From: Phycisphaera mikurensis NBRC 102666
Lineage (GTDB): Bacteria > Planctomycetota > Phycisphaerae > Phycisphaerales > Phycisphaeraceae
Reading direction: 5' to 3'
Length of the DNA stretch: 32,000 nt
Assembly: GCF_000284115.1 (NCBI RefSeq)
Contig: NC_017080.1
Location: 810,001-842,000 of the forward strand
Part shown: piece by piece, positions 26,706 through 32,000 of the stretch
Layout: each line of letters begins with the position of its first letter
Numbering within the stretch: the first letter of the stretch is position 1
Program-made: the position numbers and the translations under genes
The notes under the pieces: generated by a model
What the model saw: the letters and a program-made list of their open reading frames with translations, nothing else
Database searches by the model: none
What the model was told of the DNA's origin: nothing

Positions 26706-26831
26706 ATTTTCCGATCGCCTCTGCGGGCGAGTTGTGCCCCTCGCTTCGTCGGCTGCATCGCCCTGCAGGGGCAGGGCTGCTTCGCCTCCTCACGAGGAAC
26801 ACGACGCGCGGACGCAGGCCGATCGGAAAAT
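26706..26831. repeat. 126-bp hairpin element related to 26526-26692, with different termini
   Basis: ATTTTCCGATCGCCTCTGCG (26706-26725) versus CGCAGGCCGATCGGAAAAT (26813-26831). It shares internal blocks with the neighbouring element: CTCGCTTCGTCG (26740-51 versus 26578-89) and CTCCTC(A/G)CGAG (26786-96 versus 26629-39). Confidence 0.7.
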
Positions 26832-26872
26832 TGCGCACGATGCTCTAACGCACCGCTCCAACGCACGATGCG

Positions 26873-26913
26873 CTGGCCGGCCGCTGCACGACCCCTCGGG
26901 GCGGCGAGCGGGT
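26873..26913. repeat. Partial third copy (left half) of the 26526 element
   Basis: CTGGCCGGCCGCTGCACGACCCC-TCGGGGCGGCGAGCGGG aligns with 26526-26567 (CTAGCAGGCCGCTGCAGAACCCCATCGGGGCTGCGAGCGGG) with few mismatches. It abuts the ubiB stop at 26931. Confidence 0.65.
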
Positions 26914-26930
26914 GAAGCCGCTTCGCCGGG

Positions 26931-28679
26931 CTACCCCTCGTCTTTCTTCCGGTCGGTCAGGAAGGCCGTCGCGCCGAGCAGGAAGGCGAGGCCGAGCAGG
27001 CCCGCGGCGAACATGAGCCACGAGAGCAGGGGCAGCTCCAGGAGCATCGGGCCGGGGTGGCGGACGTTCATGATCAGCGCGCCGGCGACGAAGAAGCTCG
27101 CCACCATGACGCCGTGGGAGATGCGGTTGGCGATCTTCTCGAAGCCGGCGATCAGGCGGTTCTCGTCGATCGCGTCGATCTTGATGCCGCGGTCCTCGCG
27201 GGAGAGGTTCTCCAGCAGGCGGTCGAGCCGCGCAGGCATCACCTCCAGGAAGCGCTTCACGCCGAGGCCCTGCGCGATGAGGTCCGTCGGCGCCAGCGCC
27301 TTCGAGGTCGCCATCACCACCAGCGGCCAGGTGTGGGCGCGGATGGTGGCGGAGGGATCGAACCTCGGGTCGAGGCTCTGGCCGAGCTGGTCGAGATTCA
27401 GCAGCGTCTTGCCGATCGTCGTCAGCACCGGCGGGAGCGACACCCGCTCCTCCCCGCAGAGCCGGGCGATCTCGAGCACGACCTCGCCGATGCGGAGGCC
27501 GTCGATGCGATCCTCGTGCTTCGCGAGCACGAGCCCGGAGATCTGCCGCTTGAAGGAAGCCTGATCGCAGCCCTTCCGCGCGGTGCCGATCTGCAGGGCG
27601 ACGTCGGCGACCTGCTCGCCGCGGCCGTCGACGATGCCGAGCACCAGCTGCAGCAGCCGCTCCCGCATCCGCGGATCCACGCGGCCGACCATGCCCAGGT
27701 CGAGCAGGACCAGGCGGTTCTCCCCGTCGAGCAGCACGTTGCCCGGGTGCGGGTCGCCGTGGAAGAAGCCCTCGACGAGGATGTGCTCGAGGTACTTCTT
27801 GAAGATGATCTGCGCAAGCTCGGGGCCGTCCACGGCCAACGCGTCGCCGGTCACCGCGACGCCCGCTCCGACCGGGCCTGCCCGCACCCCCACCGCCTCG
27901 AGCCGGCCACGCTTCTCCCGCTCGCCGGCGCGGAGCCGCTCCTTCGCGTCGGCCACCGAGTCGCCGGCGATGAACTCCATCGTCAGCACCCGCTCGCTCG
28001 AGAGATCGAGGTACGCCCGGGGCACCCGGATCTCGGGCGTGTCCTCGAGCAGCTCGCCCATCCGCTGGAGGTTCGCCGCCTCCTTGTTGAAGTCCAGCTC
28101 CAGCTCCAGCTGGCCGCGCGTGTGGTCGAGCATCACCTGCAGCTCGTACCGGGTGTGCGTCATCCCGTCGATCGTCTCGGCGACGTGCGCGAGCGCGTCG
28201 AAGTCCCGGGCGATCTGCTGCTTCGCCCGGGGGCGCTGGATCTTCACCGCCACCAGCTCGCCGGCGTGCGTCACCGCGCGGTGCACCTGGCTGATCGACG
28301 CCGAGCCCAGCGGCTCGTCGTCGAACTCCGCGAACACCTCGCTCGCCGGCTTGCCGAACGCCTCCTCGATGAGCTTGTGGATCGTCTCCGGCGGCAGCGG
28401 CTCCACGTGGTCCTGCAGCCGGGCCATCGCCTCCATGTACGGCGGCGGCAGCACGTTGAGCTGCGTGGAGAGGATCTGCCCGATCTTGATGTAGGTCGGA
28501 CCGAGCTTCTCCAGGTCCTTCGCGAGGTCGTCGGGCCCGGGCGCGTCGTCGTCGCGGACCTTCTCGACGAGCTTGCCGATGCCGATGGCGTCGAGCGCCT
28601 CGCGGTTGCCGTGCCGCCAGACGAGGCCGAGGATGTCGCGGTAGACCTTGAGGTTGGAGGGGGAGAGGGCGAGGGACAT
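26931..28679 (-). CDS. ubiB: UbiB/ABC1 (AarF) atypical kinase family protein
   Basis: ATG at 28679 (MSLALSPSNLKVYRDILG). Motifs: LEKLGPTYIKIGQILSTQLNVLPPPY, PLGSASISQVHRA, ELVAVKIQRP, FFHGDPHPGNVLL, VLLDLGMVG. There is a C-terminal TM pair. The 34 upstream codons of the track ORF fall in repeat DNA. Confidence 0.9.
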   Translation of the reverse strand: MSLALSPSNLKVYRDILGLVWRHGNREALDAIGIGKLVEKVRDDDAPGPDDLAKDLEKLGPTYIKIGQILSTQLNVLPPPYMEAMARLQDHVEPLPPETIHKLIEEAFGKPASEVFAEFDDEPLGSASISQVHRAVTHAGELVAVKIQRPRAKQQIARDFDALAHVAETIDGMTHTRYELQVMLDHTRGQLELELDFNKEAANLQRMGELLEDTPEIRVPRAYLDLSSERVLTMEFIAGDSVADAKERLRAGEREKRGRLEAVGVRAGPVGAGVAVTGDALAVDGPELAQIIFKKYLEHILVEGFFHGDPHPGNVLLDGENRLVLLDLGMVGRVDPRMRERLLQLVLGIVDGRGEQVADVALQIGTARKGCDQASFKRQISGLVLAKHEDRIDGLRIGEVVLEIARLCGEERVSLPPVLTTIGKTLLNLDQLGQSLDPRFDPSATIRAHTWPLVVMATSKALAPTDLIAQGLGVKRFLEVMPARLDRLLENLSREDRGIKIDAIDENRLIAGFEKIANRISHGVMVASFFVAGALIMNVRHPGPMLLELPLLSWLMFAAGLLGLAFLLGATAFLTDRKKDEG

Positions 28680-28690
28680 GGCTGCGCCAG

Positions 28691-28855
28691 GCAAGGGGCA
28701 AGGGGCAAGCGGGCAAGCGGGGAAGCGAAGAAGCGGGGAAGTCAGCAGGAGTGGGGCGGGAGCGGTCTTGGCTTCGGGCATGGGTCAGAAGCGTGGCGTC
28801 GCACTTGCTGACTTCTTCGCTTCCTCACTTCTCCGCTTCTTCGCTCGCTTCTTCG
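28691..28855. repeat. Purine-rich short-repeat hairpin element between aroC and ubiB
   Basis: Left arm: degenerate 7-8-nt repeats GCAAGGG x2, GCAAGCGG x2, GGAAGCGAAGAAGCGGGGAAGTCAGCAGG (28691-28748). A 56-nt spacer follows. The complementary right arm is CTTGCTGACTTCTTCGCTTCC... (28805-28855), which extends into the aroC 3' end. Confidence 0.7.
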
Positions 28856-29958
28856 AGGCGTATCGCGTCGACCCCGCCCACCGCCCGCTGCCGCAACCAG
28901 GCATCCGCCAGCACCAACAACACCATCGCCTCGGCCATCGGGACGAAGCGCGGGAGGAGGCAGGGGTCGTGGCGGCCGCGGGTGGCCAGGGTGGTGGGGT
29001 TGCCGGCGCGGTCGACGGTGGGGCGGTCCTGGGGGATCGAGCTGGTGGGCTTGACGGCGCAGCGGAGCACGATCGGCATGCCGCTGGAGATGCCGCCGAG
29101 CATGCCGCCGTGCCGGTTGGTGAGCGTGTGGATGCCCCGCGGACCGTCGCTCGAAAACGTGTCGGAATGCTCCGATCCGCGGGCGGTGGCGACGCCGAAG
29201 CCCTGGCCGAACTCCACGCCCATCACCGCGGGCAGCGAGAACATCGCCTTGCCGAGGTCGGCCCGCAGCTTGTCGAACACCGGCTCGCCCCAACCCGCGG
29301 GCACGCCGGTGGCGACGAGGGTGGCGGAGCCGCCGATGGAGTCCTGGCTCTTCCGCACCTCCTTGATGCGGTGCTCCATCCGCTCGGCGGCGGCCGGATC
29401 GGGGCAGCGGACCGGGTTGGCCTCGACCTCTTCGAGCGTCCGGTCCGCGGGATCTCCCAAGTCGGCCACGACGTCGCCGACGCGGTCGACCATGCCCAGG
29501 ACGCGGACGCCGCAGGCGAGCGTCAGCAGCTTGCGGGCGATCGCTCCCGCGGCGACCCGCGCCGTCGTCTCGCGGGCGGAGCTGCGGCCGCCGCCGCGGA
29601 AGTCGCGGAAGCCGTACTTCGCGTCGAAGGTGTAGTCCGCGTGGCCGGGGCGGTACTTCTGGGCGATGTCGCCGTAGTCGCGGCTGCGCTGGTCCTGGTT
29701 GCGGATCAGGATCGCGATGGGCGTGCCGGTGGCTCGTCCCTCGAACACCCCCGAGAGGATCTCCGGCTCGTCGGCTTCGTTCCGAGGGGAGACGATCCGA
29801 GACTGCCCCGGCCGGCGCCGCAGCAGGTCCGGCACGAGGTCATCCACCGACAGCGGCAGCCCCGCGGGGCAGCCGTCGACGATCACCACGTTGCCGGGGC
29901 CGTGGGATTCACCCGCGGTGGTCACGCGGAACAGCGTTCCAAAGGTGCTTCCTGCCAT
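28825..29958 (-). CDS. aroC: Chorismate synthase
   Basis: MAGSTFGTLFRVTTAGESHGPG..VIVDGCPAGL, RRRPGQSRI.SPRNE.DE.EILSGVFEG.TTGTPIA, RPGHADY.., GGGRSSARET, GGISSGMPI. Confidence 0.96.
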   Translation of the reverse strand: MAGSTFGTLFRVTTAGESHGPGNVVIVDGCPAGLPLSVDDLVPDLLRRRPGQSRIVSPRNEADEPEILSGVFEGRATGTPIAILIRNQDQRSRDYGDIAQKYRPGHADYTFDAKYGFRDFRGGGRSSARETTARVAAGAIARKLLTLACGVRVLGMVDRVGDVVADLGDPADRTLEEVEANPVRCPDPAAAERMEHRIKEVRKSQDSIGGSATLVATGVPAGWGEPVFDKLRADLGKAMFSLPAVMGVEFGQGFGVATARGSEHSDTFSSDGPRGIHTLTNRHGGMLGGISSGMPIVLRCAVKPTSSIPQDRPTVDRAGNPTTLATRGRHDPCLLPRFVPMAEAMVLLVLADAWLRQRAVGGVDAIRLEEASEEAEK

Positions 29959-29986
29959 GCCGGGGCCGCCGACGGCGGGAGAACTA

Positions 29987-30073
29987 CGGAGAGGGTGGGA
30001 TTCGAACCCACGAACGGTGTGACCCGTTACAGGTTTTCGAAACCAGCGCCTTCAGCCACTCGGCCACCTCTCC
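29987..30073 (-). tRNA. tRNA-Ser (anticodon CGA), class II with a long variable arm
   Basis: Reverse strand: GGAGAGG-TG-GCC..GGC-G-CTGGT-TTCGAAA-ACCTG-T-AACGG GTCACA CCGTT-C-GTGGG-TTCGAAT-CCCAC-CCTCTCC-G. The acceptor and T arms are perfect, U33 and A37 are present, and the discriminator is G. No CCA is encoded. There is one U-U mismatch in the anticodon stem (28:42). Confidence 0.92.
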
Positions 30074-30085
30074 TGGTGGGCCGGC

Positions 30086-30114
30086 AATATAGAGCATCGT
30101 GCGCCATCTGCCGA
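30086..30114 (-). promoter_or_regulatory. Candidate promoter for tRNA-Ser
   Basis: On the reverse strand: TCGGCA (30114-30109), a 17-nt spacer, then TATATT (30091-30086), 12 nt upstream of the mature tRNA 5' end. It is the only AT-rich hexamer in the neighbourhood. Confidence 0.35.
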
Positions 30115-30229
30115 TCGGCCTGCGCCCTCGGAGGCGGCCGGGACACGGCTCACGGTGCGTCAGCCCGCGCCGGCCGCCCCGCAGCGCCACCGCGGTCCTT
30201 GCCGGAGCGACCCGCGGAGAACCCCCGAT

Positions 30230-30275
30230 CCGCGGACCGAGAAGCCGTCCGCCCCCGGAGCCCCGCGGTCCGCGG
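30230..30275. repeat. 46-bp CCGCGGACC-N28-GGTCCGCGG hairpin element, copy 3
   Basis: CCGCGGACC at 30230-30238 and GGTCCGCGG at 30267-30275, with exactly 28 nt between. The spacer contains GGAGCC (GGCTCC on the other strand). It lies 2 nt beyond the stop codon of the PEGA gene (30278-30280, minus strand). Confidence 0.75.
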
Positions 30276-30277
30276 CT

Positions 30278-30715
30278 TCAGCGATCGTGCATCGCCCGCT
30301 GCCGCAGCGCCCGCGCCCGCCCGAGCAGGGCGTCGGTCGAGGCGTCGCCCGCGTCGGGGCTCGGCTCCAGAGCGAAGCTCCAGTGCAGGTCGACGTCCGC
30401 CCCCACCGCCTCTCCGATCAGGTCCAGCGGCGGGAACTCCCAGAAGGGCGCGACCGCCCGGTGTTCCGTCCAGAGCGGCTCGAAGCCGTCGGCCCGCAGC
30501 CGCACGTCGTACACGCCGTAGTAGGTGAACGGGACGGTCACCGGCGTCCGCCCCACCTCCTGGTCGTTGAGGTGGACCAACGCCCCGCTGGGCTCGCTCT
30601 GGATCGTGACGAAGCGGTCGGTCCCGCAGCCCGACGAGGCGGACCACGCCCCGCCCACGAGCGCGAGCGACAGCAGCCGCTCCGCAGCCCCCATCTTGAA
30701 TCTCGTCTGCGGCAT
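30278..30715 (-). CDS. PEGA-domain putative lipoprotein
   Basis: Signal plus lipobox-like LVGGAWSASSGC, then a PEGA-type beta domain (VTIQSEPSGALVHLNDQEVGRTPVTVPFTYYGVYDVRLRADGFEP). Alternative start at 30694. Confidence 0.6.
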   Translation of the reverse strand: MPQTRFKMGAAERLLSLALVGGAWSASSGCGTDRFVTIQSEPSGALVHLNDQEVGRTPVTVPFTYYGVYDVRLRADGFEPLWTEHRAVAPFWEFPPLDLIGEAVGADVDLHWSFALEPSPDAGDASTDALLGRARALRQRAMHDR

Positions 30716-30763
30716 CCCTGGCGCTCCGCGGTGCTCGGCAACCCCTCCCCGCGGGAAGATCCT

Positions 30764-31048
30764 CTAGAACGCCTCGGCGACCTCAGCCATCGCCGCGTCG
30801 ATCTTGCCGTCGAGGTGGGCACGCTGCCCGTCCTGCAGCCGCACGAGGTCGGCGTTGAGGCCCGCGGCGTCGGCCTGCCGGGCGGCGGCGTTGTTGAACT
30901 CCCAGCGGAACCAGCCCGTGGCGCCGGTGATCGTGATGATCAGCAGCAGCACGAAGAGGACCGTCACGAAGGTGATGATCCCGAAGTTCAGCTCGCGGGT
31001 CGTGCCCACGCCGGTCGCGGCGTGGGCGTCTGGGGTCTCAGTGTCCAT
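30764..31048 (-). CDS. Small single-pass membrane protein (94 aa), function unknown
   Basis: The ATG at 31048 overlaps the upstream gene's end by 11 nt. One clear TM segment (LNFGIITFVTVLFVLLLIITITGA) is followed by an amphipathic Ala/Asp-rich tail. I recognise no family. Confidence 0.4.
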   Translation of the reverse strand: MDTETPDAHAATGVGTTRELNFGIITFVTVLFVLLLIITITGATGWFRWEFNNAAARQADAAGLNADLVRLQDGQRAHLDGKIDAAMAEVAEAF

Positions 31049-32000
31049 GGGCGGTGCCTCCGGCGGCGGGGTCGTGGGGGTGCTCCTCCACGCGGTGCAT
31101 CGGGGCCCACACGGAGGTGTCCAGCGCCAGGGCCTCGTGCATCCGCGGGTCGCGGTGGGCGACCAGCCGGTGGCGAGCGGCCTTGCGGAGGGCCGCGGCG
31201 ACGGTCAGCGCGAGCAGCCCCACCGCGACGAGCAGATCGATCGGCAGGAAGCCCAGGTCCATCCCCGGGCTGGTGAGAACGGGCATCGCCATCCAGTAGA
31301 AGTCGACGTAGACCATGACCAGCAGCCAGACGGCCATGATCGTCCGCGTCGTGGGGTTGCGCTTCGTCCACGCCGGCAGCAGGATGGCGAAGGGCACCAG
31401 CAGGTGCAGGAACAGCATTGAGAGGGCGATCCAGCTCCAGCCGCCGCCGTAGGTGCCGGCCCCGCCGTCGCTGGCGGTGCCCTGGACCGTCGTGATGCCC
31501 CGGAGCTCGAACCAGTAGGTGGTCTCCGGCAGCGAGGCGTACCAGATGAGCATGAACTGGCTGAAGCTGACGTAGCCCCAGAAGAACACGAAGGCGAAGA
31601 GCAGCTTGGTGAGGTCGTGGAAGTGGGCGGTCTTCACGTTCGGCAAGAAGCCCTGCTTCTTCAGGAAGGTGGCGAGCAGGATGATGACCGCCAGGCCCGC
31701 GGTGAAGGCGTCCGCGAAGAAGATGACGCCGAACATCGTCGAGAACATCACCGGGTCCAGGCCCAGCAACAGGTCCAGCGCGACGCCCATCGTCAGCAAC
31801 GCGAAGCAGATCACCGACACGGGCGCCCACCACTCGCGGCGGTTGGTGTGGGCCACGTCGCCGTCCTCATCCTGCGCCACCGACTTCCGCCAGAACCAGT
31901 AGCCGATCGCGCCCAGCACGCCGAAGTACAGGATCCAGCGGAGCACGAAGAACCACGGCTCGAACCACGGCTGCTTGAGCTCGGTGAAGTACTGCAGGGC
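31038..32000 (-). CDS. actF: Polytopic membrane protein resembling alternative complex III subunit ActF (quinol:cytochrome c oxidoreductase membrane subunit); the 5' end lies beyond the window
   Basis: The frame stays open to position 32000 (ALQYFTELKQPWFEPWFFVLRWILYFG...). Conserved-looking block: FHDLTKLLFAFVFFWGYVSFSQFMLIWYASLPETTYWF. There are multiple TM segments. The assignment is from memory of the family motif, not a search. Confidence 0.55.
   Translation of the reverse strand, partial: ALQYFTELKQPWFEPWFFVLRWILYFGVLGAIGYWFWRKSVAQDEDGDVAHTNRREWWAPVSVICFALLTMGVALDLLLGLDPVMFSTMFGVIFFADAFTAGLAVIILLATFLKKQGFLPNVKTAHFHDLTKLLFAFVFFWGYVSFSQFMLIWYASLPETTYWFELRGITTVQGTASDGGAGTYGGGWSWIALSMLFLHLLVPFAILLPAWTKRNPTTRTIMAVWLLVMVYVDFYWMAMPVLTSPGMDLGFLPIDLLVAVGLLALTVAAALRKAARHRLVAHRDPRMHEALALDTSVWAPMHRVEEHPHDPAAGGTAHGH

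Noticed and set aside
26833-26847. 15-mer GCGCACGATGCTCTA shared with the reverse strand of the tRNA-Ser promoter region (30090-30104)
   Set aside because: It is a single exact 15-mer. With this base composition and window size, a few chance 15-mer matches are expected. It may reflect a shared promoter-like module, but I cannot support that from one match.
26526-26913. Possible CRISPR array, considered here and for the octamer arrays at 5631-5662 and 18062-18117
   Set aside because: There are no evenly spaced identical direct repeats separated by unique spacers. The repeats are inverted or hairpin-forming, or are 8-nt tandem units. No cas genes lie in the window.
28680-28781. N-terminal extension of ubiB (MPEAKTAPAPLLLTSPLLRFPACPLAPCPLPGAA)
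   Set aside because: It is encoded by the purine-rich repeat hairpin. ATG 28679 gives a normal UbiB N-terminus.

Overview
Very GC-rich bacterial chromosomal segment, with long spurious antisense ORFs throughout. The gene content suggests Planctomycetota, perhaps Phycisphaerae-like. This is an inference from an H-X9-DG/DUF1559 prepilin-like protein, a DUF1570-like HExxH protein, sulfatases, an alternative-complex-III subunit and frequent GTG/TTG starts. I support 25 protein-coding genes and one tRNA-Ser(CGA). Most are core housekeeping genes: polA, dapA, rsmD-like, rpsD, coaE, rho, ruvA, an AICAR-transformylase-only purH, holB, a ubiB/ABC1 kinase and aroC. The rest are envelope or accessory genes: two sulfatase-fold proteins, a GT39-like glycosyltransferase, an orphan OppC-like permease, an AEC transporter, a Cof-type HAD phosphatase, a PEGA lipoprotein, a Uma2 endonuclease and a SAM methyltransferase. 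I see no CRISPR array, transposase or integrase, toxin-antitoxin pair, defence island, or coherent novel multi-gene protein system, and I do not want to invent one. The unusual signal is non-coding, in three forms. (1) A dispersed hairpin element is built from GAAGAGAC/TCTTCGTC octamer tandem repeats (5561-5662 and 18062-18176), with a looser purine-rich relative at 28691-28855. (2) There are three copies of a 46-bp element CCGCGGACC-N28-GGTCCGCGG with an invariant 28-nt spacer (6497, 14046, 30230). (3) A 400-bp convergent intergenic region (26526-26913) is packed with three related long hairpin elements. One has perfect 21-bp terminal inverted repeats, and a solo arm copy lies in the rho leader (16121-16137). 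Secondary curiosities are a Uma2 gene whose conserved N-terminus has no canonical start codon, a 100-aa low-complexity insertion in RsmD, a ~114-aa charged N-terminal extension on Rho, and repeat sequence that encodes the aroC C-terminal tail.
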